NCBI RefSeq assembly: GCF_016432865.1
Contig: NC_067398.1
Span: forward strand, 654,720,001-654,784,000
DNA from: Antechinus flavipes
Lineage: Eukaryota
Direction of reading: 5' to 3'
DNA length: 64,000 nucleotides
In this document: piece by piece, positions 14,975 through 28,583 of the stretch
Layout: each line of letters starts with the position of its first letter
Position numbering within the stretch: position 1 is the first letter of the stretch
Program-made: the position numbers and the translations under genes
The notes under the pieces: generated by a model
Databases searched by the model: none
The model's input: the letters and a program-made list of their open reading frames with translations, nothing else
What the model was told of the DNA's origin: nothing

Positions 14975-17900
14975 ATGTTTCTGCCTCCTTTGCTGCTGCT
15001 ACTAAGCACTGCCACAGCTGCTGTTGAAGTCAAAAGGCCTCGGGGTGTCTCCCTTACTAGTGAGTCCCTTGCAAGAGGCCGGTTAGGAGGAGCTACCCTG
15101 GACCCTCCAGTCTCCTAAAGTCAGTGGAACTGGGGGCTGGAGTGGGAACGAAACCTGGCTTTCGGTTGGCCGTTGTCTAAATTTCCCATTCTTGGGTTGG
15201 GGGCTGGGGAAGAATAATATGCTTGAGGAAGCAACCTCTGTTTTCGTATTTGTGGTCTGTATCTAATGTTATGCATTAGTCCAGGGGAGACTGTTGGAGG
15301 CCGTTTGTAGTCAATTGAACTTTATTGAGTCCACTGATCTGATGTGGGTGGGAAGCTAAAAGTATTTTTTTTTTTTTTTTTACTCTCTTCAGATCATCAT
15401 TTCTATGACAAAACTAAGCCTTTCACTTGCCTGGATGGGTCCTCCACTATCCCTTTTGATCAAGTAAATGATGACTACTGTGATTGTCAAGATGGCTCAG
15501 ATGAACCAGGTGGGAATGAGGGACCCATAGGAGGAGGGGCAAAAAGAGTGTTCCCTGAGTGCGCCCAACTATCTCTTCAGGTGGAAGGGAAATGGCTATA
15601 TATCAGCAGAGAGAGGAGCTCTCCTTAATCTTACTTTTTTTTGTTTCTCTCTTGATTATCTATGTGTGGTCCAGGCTGTCCACATGACTGGGACTCTATC
15701 TCTCTTTTTGTCCCTCTGTCTGTTTCTCCATCTGCATATATGATGTATTTTTATTTCTCTGTGCCCATCCATTTATCTCAACATCTTCATTTTTCCCTTT
15801 TGTATGTATTGATCTGTCCATTTGCCATCTATTTATCTCTGCATCTTTACAGATATGCCTATCTTTGTGAATCTTTCTATTTGAATCCATCCATCTGCCT
15901 CAGTATGTCTGATCATTCATGTGTTTGTCCAACTGTTTTCCTGTTCCTATTTTTCTGTATGTTTGTGAAGATCTGACCACCTTTTTATTTTTGTGTTCAC
16001 CTGTTCATTGCAGTCAGTCCATCTGTGTGCATCTTGTTTCTTAATCTGCATCTGCCTATCTGGATCTAGCCATGTGTATCTCTGTCAGTTTGTCCACCCA
16101 TCTTTCTGTTTCTTTGGAACTGCCCATGTCCATCTTTCCATAGGTCTTCATTTTTCTCTGTAGATCCTTGTGGCTATGTCTGACATTTATCTGTGTGTCT
16201 TTCTGGGTTTGTCAGTTTTGGTCTCTTTTTCAATTCAACAAGGATTTATTAAGTGTCTTCTACGTGAGCCAAGCTGAAGATATTACAGATACAAAGAAGG
16301 CAAAAACAAAAAAAAAAAAATTCTCTGTCCTCAAGACAAAACAAAAAATACTGTGAACAGGCAAGATATATGCAAGGTATATTGGAAATAATCTCAGATG
16401 GAAGATACTAAATCTTGTTAAGATTTCTTGTTAAAGGAATGAAGGAGGTAGAGATGAGGATGAAGAGAATTCCAGGTACAGGAGACAACCAGTGAAAATG
16501 CCTGGAAATTGGGAAGTAGAGAGGTAGGAAGGAAACCATTGAACCTGGATTGCTGAGAATGAGTCTGGTCAGTGTAAGAAGATTGGAATAGAGCCAAGTT
16601 ATAAAAGGTGTTAAAAGTCAAATAAAAGGATTTTATTGTTGATCTCCATTCTTGCCTCTCCATCCCTTTGTTTTAGCTATGTCTGTATTTCTTTCTCTTC
16701 TGTGTCTATATTTGCAACTCAGTGTGTCCCCCCATGTGTTTTTCTTTGTACCTGTTTCCCTTTGTTTTTCCATCTTTTGGCCTGTGCCTCAGCACATTGC
16801 TTCATTTTCCATCTTGGATCATCTTATTTCAGTGAGATGTAGTAATAACTTCTCCCTTTCTCCATGACTATCAGGGACTGCTGCCTGCCCAGAAGGACGC
16901 TTCCACTGTACCAATGCTGGCTATAAGCCCCATTATATTCCCTCCAGTCGTGTCAATGATGGCATCTGTGGTAGGATTCCTTTTAAAGCTGGGCTAGGGA
17001 GGGGGCAGGGTGAGGGCAGGCATCCAGGGACCAGGTCAGCCTCACTGGCACTCTGCTCCCCTCCCTCAGATTGCTGCGATGCCACAGATGAGTATAACAG
17101 CGGCATCGTCTGTGAGAACACATGCAGGTATGTGGCTGCAGGAATAGCTCCCTTGTCCCTTATAGGTGCAGGCCCCCAATCCCAGCCTTGAGAGTGTACT
17201 TGGGTTCTCAGGCACACACACCCAGAAATAAACCAGAACTGGCATGCTCTCCATTCTCTCCCCATGATTGGGGTTTCTTAAAGCCTGGCTGGAACCCACC
17301 CGCCGTGCAGAGCCATTGGAAAGCTCTCTCTGCTTCCTCCCCATCTACTTTGGCTGTCCACTTAGGGAAATGGGCCGGAAGGAGAAGGAGACTCTGGAAC
17401 AGATGGCAGAAGTTGCCCGTGAAGGCTTCCGGCTCAAGAAGATCTTGATTGAAGAAGGGAAGAGGGGCCAGGAGGAGAAGCGGGTGAGGCAGCGCAGTGT
17501 TCCTAGCCTGCTCCTGGGGACTGCCCCATGTGGAAAAAGGCCAGGGCTTAAAGTTGACTCCTGAGTCCCAGGGCTACTCCTTCCTTTCTGTGTGCTTGTG
17601 GGTAAATCCTTTGGTATCTCTGCGCATCATTCCTCACCTATGAAGTGAAAGAGTTGGAAGAAATATTTCCAAGGCCTATTTCAGCTGATTCTGGTGGTCC
17701 CTGATTGCATCAGGAGCCTAAAATTAGAGGGGAAGGGATTAAGGATTCTCTCTCTGTTGAAAACTATAGGGTCTCCTGTTTGTGTGATTTCTAAGAAGGT
17801 CCTGTTCTCCCTCTTGGACCTCTCTCCCCTTTACTTGGCCCCAAGATTTGTTCCAGAGCAAAGCAAATAGAATTATGGCTGAAACAAAAGAAAAGGTTCC

Positions 17901-20900
17901 TCAATTCCTCTCTTGCCTTTGTTGAATGAATTGAAATCCCTTTGCTCAGTTGAATGTCTATCCCTTTGCCCCATTCATTTGGTAACTCTGCCCTCCATCT
18001 GATTCTTTACTAAAGACGTAACAGACTTCTTTTCTCCTTGGATCCAATGATTGCCCTGCCAATGTGGGGTGTGGACATGCGAACAGGGACATCTTTCGTG
18101 TAACAGGGTTGGTTTTTTGACCTTTGCCCTGCTGACCTGGGGTAGCTGCTAGGGAGTTCCAGTTCTGGAGCTGGAGAGAATGAGATTACTAGGGGCCAGA
18201 GAACTTAGATAATTATCAGCTTGTAATAGAATTTACTTGAAGCCAAATGGCTGGGTCTGATTTTTCTGTTCTCTTCTGTGGTAGAATGAAGGGATTGCCT
18301 CAAAGGATGCCTAAAGTCCATTTTAAGTCTGCATTTAGGATTGCATGGGGGTTTTCTCAGCTGCATCTGCAAGCTGTTTGAATGAGAGGGAGCCAGTCAT
18401 GGGGACTTTGTCCCTGGCCAGCATGGCTTCACTGCAATATTTTCTCTCTCATACAACCAGAGCAAGCTTCTTGGTTTACAAGAGTCGAAGAAGGCCCTTG
18501 AGGAGCAAGTAGCAATGCTGAGAGCAGTGAAGGAGGAGGCTGAGAAGCCTGAGAAGGAATTCAAGGAACGGCACCAGAAGCTGTGGGAAGGTAACCATTC
18601 CTAACATCATCCCCTGTTCCCTCCCTCCCAGCATGAAACAAGATAGCGTTTATTCTGGGAATTGTTAGCCACATTAAGGACTGAGAATGGGAGTGGAGCT
18701 GGGGGAGTCAGGGAAGGAGTAGGATCATGGGCAGAAGGTGAACCTGGAGGGATGGAATTGGTTAGAAAACAACTTTCCAGGCAGAGACAAAGAGGACCAG
18801 GGTCTAGGGGGAAGAGAGATGGGAAGAGGAGTGCCCCCTTACCTCTCCATTCCTCTTGGCTTTGGGAACAGCCCCAGTGCCCTGCCAGAGTAATAGAGTA
18901 ATGAAGCCAGTTGTTTGTGAACAGAGCAGCAGGCAGCAGCCAGGGCTGCCCGGGACCAGGAACAGGCTGCCAGTGCTTTCCAGGAGCTGGATGACAACAC
19001 CGATGGAGTGTGAGTGCTGTGGGCTATGGCGGGTGCTGCTTCCTGGAGCCTCCTTCCTGCGGCAAACTCCCAGCTCTTGCACAGGAAGAGCAATTTGCAG
19101 GTTCACCCTCAGATCACTGTCTCCCCCTGACTTAGGGAGGTGGGACTTCTAGCCTGAAGTTCCTCAGGTAAACAGGCCTGAGATTGGAGATGCCTTGGCT
19201 CAGAGTTTCTTAAACTTTTTCCATACTCTTGACATCTTTTCTCTCAAGAAATTCTTACATGATCCCAGGTATGTAAGAAATAGTAATTAAACAGTAGTAC
19301 GTTCAGACATTTAGTGATAACCATAATTTGGTGATCCCTCTACATTCAGATATGAGATCCCATGGGGAGGGGGGTGTCATAAGCCACTGTTTAAGAAGCT
19401 CAGCCTTAGCCTTGAAGTTGACTGTCCTCCCACATAGTGAATGTTAATGCCAAACTATTGGCTGAAGACCAGAAAGAAAGGTAGTTTTGGTATGGGCTTG
19501 AGAAGTAGCATATTCTCTATACTCTATTCTCCCTGGATCAAAAATAATAACAGGACCAGAGATTTCGAATTGGAAAGAGACGTTAGAGGTCACAGTCCAG
19601 TTTGGTCATTTTACAGATGAGGGAATCTTTGAGGCCCAGTGAGGTTAATTGATTTGCCCAGGGTCTATAGCTGTCTAAAGCAGGATTTGAACTAAGGTGC
19701 CCTGGGATTGAGGAAGAAATGATAAGTTCTAATTCTGGGTAGAGGGTCTTGGCTTGGGGAGGTGGCTTATCGGCCTTTGCCAGCTGGCTCTGCACCCCTC
19801 CCCCTCAACACACTAAGTGCCACCAGGATCCCACTTCCTTGTCTTCTTTCTCTAGGATTTCAGTGGCTGAACTCCAGACTCATCCCGAACTGGACCCAGA
19901 TGGTGACGGGGCTTTGTCAGAGGCCGAAGCCCAGGTAATGGGATCCTCATCCCACTAGCTAGTCCTCCAGCAGGTGCACCTCGCCCTCAGCCAGGGCAAG
20001 CAAGGGCCCAGAGAGGCTGGGAGAGCAAAGTTTGAGACTTTGCCCCATCTGTGGCCCAGAGGCCTGTGTGTCTTGGAGCAGTGGCACCCCTGGCTTCCTG
20101 ACTCCGTGTTGTCTTCCCTTAAAGACCTGAGGATTGGGGGTGGGGGTGGTGGAGGCTGAGATGCATGTCTCCCCTCCCTCTTATGGCTGGGCCTAAGGGA
20201 GCAGTGCAAAACTTGGTAATGATGGGGCTCAGGTGGGAGCCCTGTGTTCGGGACGTGACACACACTTTCCCAGCTGGTGGTGGGCAGTGGAGGGAGCCTT
20301 CTCCTTCCCTCAGTGAAGCCACAGGGCGAGGGAGCTCCCCCAGGTAGGCACTGCCAGCAGGCGGCAGTGCCAGTTCAGGGAGGAAGTCCTCGTTCTGTGG
20401 TGGGGGTGGGGGGCTTCAGCTTCACTTCCCTAAGCCTAGACCTCTTGTCTTCCCATTGCCTGGCTCCCTGGCATAGATGAGAGTCCCCAAAGGGTTCTGG
20501 AAGGCAATGAGGGAGGGTGCCCTCTTCACTCCAGGCCCCTGCTGTCAGGGAAGTTCCAATTCTAGATGGTCCTAACTGTGGGACCTTGATTGAGTAATGG
20601 GCCCTCTCAGCCCGTTTTCTCTTCAGTAAAATGGGGGTGACAGCACTTGAGGGCGGCTTGTGAGGAAAGCCTGTGCAGCCTCAGCACCTAGAAGGCCTTG
20701 CTCTTGTTCTCTGCCCCAGGCTCTGCTGGGAGAGGCCTTGCAGGTGGATGCCATCAGCTTTCAAGAAGGCCTGTGGGCGGCCATCAAGGATAAGTACAGG
20801 CAGGAGGTTAGTAGCCTGGGCCAGACGGCCAAAGGGTCCAGGAGGTGTGGGGGCGGGGTGTAGGATGGACTCCAGCCAGCAGAGGGAGACAGCAGCATGT

Positions 20901-23900
20901 GTGGCCAGGCTGAGCCAGACCCCAAGGGACTCTGTGACCTCACAAAGGATCCGCCAGCCCCGGGAGGCAGGAAAGGAGGCAGAGCGGGGCTAAGATTTCG
21001 TTCCCTGGAGCCCATCCATCCCAACCAGCTGGGCCCGACAGCAGCAGATGCTGCCATTCCTGCTTAACAAGGCAGCTGCCACCCTTCTTCCTCCCCACTC
21101 ACTGCCCTAGCTTGTGGTCACAGTGGCAGTCCCTGCCTGCCCCTCCCCCAGGTGGGCCCTCATCTGGCAAGAGCCACACTCCCTCCCCTCTCTGGTGATT
21201 CAGCAACCTCCCCCTCCCCCTGATTCCTCAGGGTCTTTCCTTGGCTTAGGGACTTTCTTAATCAAAAAAGCAAGGAAATGAGGGCAGGATCTGGGCCTAA
21301 GGGCACACAAATCACCAGGTGTGTGTCTTGGGATAGAAAAGGAGGGAGGGATCAGTGGTCTCCAGACCTGGCAGTGGGAAAGAGAAGGCATTGCCTCTGT
21401 CCTCCATGCATTTCGACTTGATGCTTGCTAGTCCCTGCCCACTGTGCCACCTCTGGCTGAGGCCCCGGCAGAGGAGATACTAGAGGTCCCAGAAGAGCCT
21501 TCCCCAGTAGAGGATGAAGATGAAAGTCCTGGATTGGATGAAGAAACAGAGGAGGATGAAGAGGATGAAGAAGAGGAGAGCCCTGAAGAGGATAAGGTGG
21601 GGCTAAGTGGAAGCAAGCCTGGTTTCTGAGGATCTTAGGGGGAAGGGAGGTGGAGGCAGGCTCTGGCTGGCTTCCTGGAAGCCCATTAAGAAATGGCAGT
21701 CACTGAAGCTGCTCAGGCTGACTACAGCTGGATACAGGGGAAAGGCAGGAATGTCTCTTCTCCAGGGCCCAGGGGAATGGCTTAAAAGGGATGCTGCTTC
21801 CTGGTGCTAGGAGGAATCTCTTGGTTGGCTCTGCCTGCTCTCTCCCTCTGCCCAGCCCAGCCTGGATCAGCCTTTGTTTGGGCTCAGGGTCTGGGCACTA
21901 GCAGCCCCTGCAGTGGATGCAAAGGCTCTCTGGGGAGAAAGATATGAGGTCAGGCAGAGCCCATGTGGCAAGACCAGGGGCGCCTGGGCAGGGAGCCAGG
22001 GACTTGGGTTCACCTTGTCTGTCACCTCCCCCAGGAGCCCTTGCCCCCACAGTCAGTCAAGGTGGATGAGGAGGTGAAGGACAAGATGCCCCCGTATGAT
22101 GAGAGAACCCAGGCCTACATTGACGGTATGTGGGGAGGGCTTCAGGGAAGGGGAACATTTGGAGCAGACTCAGCTTGGGGTACTTTGCCAATCAGAGATT
22201 ACATCCAGTGGCCTTTGGCTAATGCGTGGCTCATGGTCTACCCCCTCTTCCTGAGGGGGCCTTGTCTAGCATCTCGGGGATTTCCTGTGGACTCCACTTA
22301 GTGTTTGTCTAGAAAATACTGACCATTCCTCTGCATACAAATCTTGTGTCCATACCAGGAATGGGCTCTCCTCCCAGGAAGCTATGTTCTACTTCCATTC
22401 CCACTGGAAAAGTTAACTCACATTGCAGGTGTTGGTGCCTGCTCCGGGTCTAGGGAGTGGATGTGATAGGCAGGCCTGGAGGAGCTCAAAAGAGGGGGGG
22501 AATTGCTGGGAGTTTCCTGGGGAATGGGACTAAAGGAGTACCATTAGAGGATTTGGCAGAAAGGGACGGTGTTGTCAGAGGCCAAGAAACAGAAAAGCTG
22601 TGCTCGAGCAGCAGGAATGAGTCTCAAGCCAGAGGGTGAAGACGTTTTTGAGAAAGGGGTAATAAAATAAAAGGTGTTCTTGGAAAGATGAAAATCCTGG
22701 TGTTAGGAGATATCTGAGCCGAGAACTTTAAAACAGGATTTCAGGGAGGTAAGAAGGATCTTAGCAGCCACCATGTCCTGTCCTACCCATTTTACAGATG
22801 GCAAGAAGGTTCATAGAGGAAGTAGCTTATACAGAGAATTCGTGACAAAGGTTCCACTAGAAACAAGGCTTCGGGCCCTTGGTCCAAAACTCTGCACTAG
22901 AAAACATGAGGTGATGAGTGCCCGAGAGTACCTGACAAGTGGGAGTGAAGAAAGGCACCTCTGAATGATTGCCTGGGTCTTGATTTGGCTGGCACATATA
23001 TGAGCTGACATGACTAGGATTGTTGCCACCCTTTCCGAATATGGCTGGGTGGTAACTTTGATCCTTCTGGGGAGAGTGGGAAATGAGGAAGGGGCTTTCT
23101 TGGAAGGTTCTGGTTTCATGTATAAGCTGAGGGAGGTGGAGAAGGGGAAGAGTCAGTAGGGGACTGGCAAAGGAGTACCATGGAGAGCATCATCTAGCTG
23201 TTAGGTAGTACTGCACCATGGACTCTGGAACCAAGACCATGCACATCCACCCTCGGGGTGAGAAATACATTTTCCTTATGTAGAGTCCCAGGTGAAATCG
23301 ATCCAGGAACTCAGAAGGCAGGAATGGTTATTTGTCTGTCCAGGGCCTCCTACCAGGCTGGAGGCAGCCAGGCCTTGCCTTGGGGCCCTTGCTGGTTCAC
23401 ACTCCCCTGTTACCTGTAGCTAAGATGTTGAGATCTTATTTTCTCAAAGTGCTGGCATTGCTCCCAGGCCCCCAACGGTGCCTACGGCTTTCAGAAGGGG
23501 ACCGCCAGCACCACACTCAGGGTGTGAGGGCCCCCCCATCGGACTTGGGTGTTGCTTAGCCCCTGATTCTAGCTTTCTCTGCTACTGAGTAGCTCTGTGA
23601 CCTGAGACAACTCAGTGCCCTTATGATGAGGATGTTGTTCTAGCCGACTTGGAGTCCCCTAGAGAGACACAGGAGGCAAAGTGCATAGTATAGGATGGGG
23701 GGGGGGGGTTCCTAGTTGCTGCCCTTCTGCCTGCCCTGCACCTGCTGCCTGCTCTGTCTCCCCAGGCTTTGAGCCGGAAGCTGCCCGTGAGTCATGGCCC
23801 GAGATAGGAGAGCCTACAATGGGTTGGGGGCAGTGAGTGCAGGTGGTGCTGGTGCAGATACACGAGATGATTCGGGGCCAGGCCAGTCTCCAAGACTCAG

Positions 23901-26900
23901 GGAAGGATGGGAGGCCCCTCTTCCCGTCTCCCACAGCAGGTTATCCCCAGGCCTCCACTATCTGCGTTGAGAACACTGCTTCTGCCTGCACCGATGTCAG
24001 GGCAGTTCTGTGATGTGCCCAGCACAGCCTAGGGGCGGAACTAGGGACAGCCCAAGGGGGTTGGGCCTGACCCTGAATGTATTGGGGAGCCCCTTAGGGG
24101 TGGGACTTTGGTGTCCCTTGTTCCCCTTCGCTGCTTCCCCAAGGGCCCCGGGGTTGTTTGTGAGTCTTTACCAGGCACTCTGGCTCTATTGGTGGGTGAG
24201 GGAGGAGCCAGCAGAGCCCCCCAGGGAGCCTGCAGTGAGCAAGGCAGAGAATTTTCTAGGCCTCCTGCTGAGAAGCCAGGATTGGCTGAAGCCCAGGTCC
24301 TAAACTGCCCTGGGCAGTGGCATGGGCCCACCCGACTTGGGGCTCCTCACCCAGGCTGATTTCCATCTATGCTCTGAGTGCCAGCTGGAGCTGGGGCATT
24401 TGAGGGGGTGCGTCTGAGCATCCTTGCTGCCTCTGCTGCAGAGGCCTAAACTGACACTCCCTGGGGGGAGGGGGAGGGTTTTGCCAAGCTTGCCCTACTC
24501 TCCTGGAGCTTAGAAGAAAGACCTTCAGGCGGAGCATTTCTGACAGCTCAGATGGTAGTGGAGGCTGTGGTGCCCAGGGCCCTGGGAAGGAGCCGGCTTT
24601 TAGTTGAGCCGCCTCTGAGCAGCGTCACTCGAGGGTTCCCAAGGGGGGAGCTTGTGGGCGTGTGCGAGTGAGCATAGAGGTCTGTGTGTGTGCAGGTGTC
24701 CTGTGATGTGTGCGTAGGGCGGTGAGTGGAACCTGCCGTCCACAATGTCCTTGGGTGGCTCCAGGACCCCATCATTCTTGCATGTGGTCCCTTAGATGGG
24801 AGTGGCTTCCCATTGAATAAATGTGTAGTTGGAGGTCCTGAGAGTGTGAGGAAGATGATTCTTGGGAAGGGAAGAGGAAGGGCATTCATGATGGGGGGGA
24901 GAAACTCAGAGATAGGGGCCTAGCAGGAGAGGCACAACTTTGACACAGTTCTCTCCTCCCTGGAGCTCTGAGTGTTGAGGCCTTTTGCCTGAGATGGGGC
25001 CCTGTCCTGCTGGAGGGAGCCTGGGGCCCGGGGAGAGGACAACTTTATCAGGATTGGGGTGGGAAGTGCTGACTTTTCTGTACTGAATGACTGTATTATG
25101 ACCCCTGGGAGTTAGGCAAGAAACCTCCCAGTCTGATGGCCCTGGGTGGTTCTGCCTTATTACTTGGTGTCAGTACCTTGGGGGACCCAGAAGACAACTG
25201 CAGTGTTGGGGAAGGGATCCCCAGTGATGGGGAGTGAGCAAGTCCTGTTCTGAGGCTCCAATTGCTTTGAGCCTCTGTCCTGTATTTCAGTGCTCCTTTG
25301 CACTGCTGTGTTGGGATAGAAGAAAGCCTTGGGTTTTGAGTTCTGGGACCCATGTTCAGGTCCCAGTTCTGCAACCAGGCCTAAAATATGGAGTGTGGAC
25401 ACCAAAGGGCCACATCTGGCTGGCTGCCTCCTGTTGTATAACCCCCCGAGCTAACAATAGGGTAGAAAAGTAAAAAATTTTCTCAGCTTGCTGATTTGTT
25501 CACAGATGCGCTTTAAGGGCTTTCCAGGCCTATGATTGCCTCCCCTGAGATACTGAGGGGGGCGGGAGGGGTGAGAGGGGAGATAATCTGACATACCCCC
25601 ATCCCATTATATGGGTGTTTTGTGCCTTCCAGCGGCCCAGGAAGCTCGGGACCATTTTGAAGAAGCAGAAAAGTCATTGACAGAGATGGAAGAGTCCATC
25701 AGGTAGCTCTCTGGCCAGGGCTCGGAAGGGAGGTGGGTCCTACTCAAGCATTGGAGGTGGGGGGGGGGGGGGGGGGGGGGAGGAACTCCTTAGAAATGCC
25801 TTGAGTGAAGCCTTAAGCCTGCCCTTCTAATGCTCCTCCCCCAAACCTCTTTAGAAGATTGAGCTTGCCTCCCTAGATCCTTCCTGTTCCCAGGCCTGAG
25901 ACAGAAAAGGAACAGACTCCTTTGCTGCCAGCACTAGCATTAAGTACCCTGCGGTGGGCAGAACCTGGGACTTTGCACCAGGGGAAAGGAGACAGTGACT
26001 GTTAGGACTTGAGGTGCAGATACATGCAGTCGTGGTACAGATGATATCCAGGAGTGATCACTGATCTCTAGTCCTAGAGGGGCAGTGATCACTTGGGCCT
26101 TTTGATCCCCTCCATATCTTCATTTGGAAGGCGTGGACAAAGGAGGGCCTCTTCTATTATCCCTAGGCTTGACAAGTAGCTTGGTGTCTTTGTCCTGGAA
26201 CTTTGCCCTTCTGGTATCCATTCTTTCCTCTTCCTTTCCATGGGGCATTCCACCCTTTCACCAAACTAGCCTCTGGGAAGCACAGTGAGTGGGAAACAGC
26301 AGTCCCCTGTTATAGAAGGGGAAATTTGGTCTTATCCTTCAGGAAGAGGAGGGAGGGTTTCCTAGCTTCACTGGCTCAGGACCTTTGTGGAGCAGTGATC
26401 AGGCCCCAAGAGCTGGGGAGGGGAGGGAGCAGAGACACCCAGATAGGCTCCATAGGATGCTGGGGAGGAGCTTAAAGGCTGCTCTCTGGTGCATTGAGAC
26501 AAGGCATTAACGAAGGCCCTCGGCTTAGCTGAGTTGCTCTGGGAGGGGGGTGAAGGTGAGGAGAACCCAAGCCCTGTCACCACCTTCTGTAGGGCCCCAG
26601 GGTTCCAATAATTGAGGGTAGCCTTGGTTACAAGGAGCTACAGAGATGACTTCGGTAAGAAGTCCTGTCCCTGATGATAGGAAAAAAATGGTGGCTCCCT
26701 GGGGCTTCCTGAGTCACAACTGGGGCTGGGGGGAGGGCAAGACAGTGGCTAGATTAGAACCCAGGCCATTGGGGAGGATCAGGGGACCCAGAGGCCCAAG
26801 TCCTGTGTAACTCTAGATTTTAGGATTTGCAGGGCTCTGAAAACAGCAGAAAAGAACTTTGGGCCCTTGGAATGTGAGAGCTGGGAAGGAAGGAGTTTTT

Positions 26901-28321
26901 TACCGGACTAGGAAATAGACTTGGCCAGGATCCTGTGAGGTGCAGCGGGGCCAGGATCTAAACCCTGGCTCTGACACGAACCTGGCCTCTTCCCTCTGGG
27001 TCTCGCTGATGATCCTTAGGCCTCAGGAAGGCTCCCTGACCCAAGGTGGGGAGACGATTAGGCACCCGCCGACCCATCCTGCCTACTCTCCCACTGTAGG
27101 AACCTAGAACAAGAGATGGCATTGGACTTGGGTCCCAGCGGGGAGTTTTCTTACCTGTTTGGACAGTGCTATGAGCTGTCCACCAATGAGTAAGTACCTG
27201 GGACTGGCAGCTTTGTACTGCGTTGAAAAAGGAGGGGGGTCCAGGAGGAGGGACTCGAGGGGTCTCACAGGGCCCATGAGGGCGGGGAGGGCAACAGAAG
27301 CCTGGGGCCCAGCCTCATGGGAGGGGTCAGAATGACCCTGAACGTAGATTTTGAATGTAGGCCCTCCCTGGCTTTGGTAGGGAAGAGGGAGGGAGAGCAG
27401 GGGACAGACAGGGCCTTCCCTTTCCTGCTGACACACCATTCTGGCTATTTATATCTCGTCTCAGATCCTGGGGTTGGGAGTAAAACCCCAAGGGGGGAAC
27501 GTGCCTGTGTGCGTGAGCACCCAGATCCTGGGGGTGGCGTTTGGGGAAACAACCTCCAGGAGGTGAGCTCTACTCCCCAAGAGGGGTTGAAAGTGAGGAT
27601 GTCTACAGATACCAACCCCTTTTCCCACATACCTCAGGAAGAAGGGGATGGGCCTAGGGCTTACTCTGTGGAGCTGGCTCTCCCATGAAGAATAGGATGG
27701 CCACTGGGATACCACAGGCGACTCAGCCTTGTATTTGGCAGGCCCTCATACCCCTCATCCCGGGTCACTTATGCCCCTTTCTACCTGTGCAGGTATATTT
27801 ATAGACTGTGTCCCTTCAACCGAGTCACCCAGAAACCTAACCATGGTGGTTCTGAGACCAACTTGGGGTGAGTGTCCTCCCTTTTTCAGCCTCCCCTTCT
27901 CTTACCCCTGTACCCCTGAATCTCAGCCTGCCTTCTCTCCCTGTAGCACATGGGGGTCCTGGGATGCATCAGAGGAGGAGAAATTCCGAATCATGCATTA
28001 TGAGCATGGGACAGGTTGCTGGCAAGGCCCCAACCGCTCTACCAAGGTGAGGACCACCTGGGGGTTGGGCTGGGGAGTTGGGGGGGGAAAGTGTGGGGTT
28101 GGATGGTGAAGGAGCTGGAGTTGCAGTGGACGCACATATGTCCCAACCCCACTGACATCCCTTGTCTCTCTCAGGTGAAGCTGGTATGTGGGAAGGAAAC
28201 TGTAATCACAAGTGCCACAGAGCCAAGCCGATGCGAATATCTGATGGAGCTGGTGACCCCAGCGGCCTGCCAGGAGCCGCCTCCAGAGACTCCTGGGGAT
28301 CCTGACCATGATGAGCTCTAA
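14975..28321 (+). CDS. PRKCSH: PRKCSH, glucosidase II beta subunit (signal peptide, LDLa-like repeats, EF-hands, acidic tract, MRH domain, C-terminal HDEL); 16 coding exons, 530 aa
   Basis: Exons (plus): 14975-15059 ([28 protein letters not shown]), 15393-15509 ([21 protein letters not shown]), 16875-16970, 17070-17127, 17366-17483, 18461-18590, 18925-19009, 19856-19934, 20720-20806, 21432-21596 (acidic), 22035-22125 ([14 protein letters not shown]), 25633-25702, 27100-27189, 27793-27867, 27947-28046 ([15 protein letters not shown]), 28175-28321 (..PDHDEL TAA). The sum is 1593 nt and all junctions are GT-AG. Confidence 0.97.
16215..16640 (-). mobile_element. L2 LINE 3' fragment in a PRKCSH intron
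   Basis: ttcaacaaggatttattaagtgtcttctacgtg..gatacaaag, typical of a reverse L2 3' end. Confidence 0.55.
19201..19403. mobile_element. Non-autonomous hAT-like DNA transposon (MITE) in PRKCSH intron 8
   Basis: TIRs cagagtttcttaaac and gtttaagaagctcag, with flanks ccttggct/ccttagcc (6/8, degenerate 8-bp TSD). Confidence 0.65.
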
Positions 28322-28583
28322 GCCTCCTAGGTATGGCCATGGGGGCAGGACCCTTCCCTTCTCACTCTCCCTCCTCCCCCGCATTGGAGCCAGTCTGCTC
28401 ATCATTCCTACCCATGCCATCCTGGAAGGAGACTAAATTCCTCTGTTCACACTAACCCCTGGGCCGAGAGCTTCATCTTCCCCCAAGCCTTGTCTTTTCT
28501 GGCCCAGCTTGGGATACCTGCCTCCAGGGCTTGGGGTGTGGGACCAGTCTCTAGTAATCACCTTTTCCCATTCTTTCTTGCAG

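Noticed and set aside
22911-22964. Possible intronic C/D snoRNA (GTGATGA ... CTGA)
   Set aside because: Only 54 nt from box C to box D, no convincing terminal stem, and adjacent to a MIR relic. A snoscan or Infernal hit would be needed.
25777-25801. Long pure poly-G runs (also about 14723, 23698, 54607)
   Set aside because: Homopolymer length is unreliable in assemblies, so no functional claim is supportable without raw reads.
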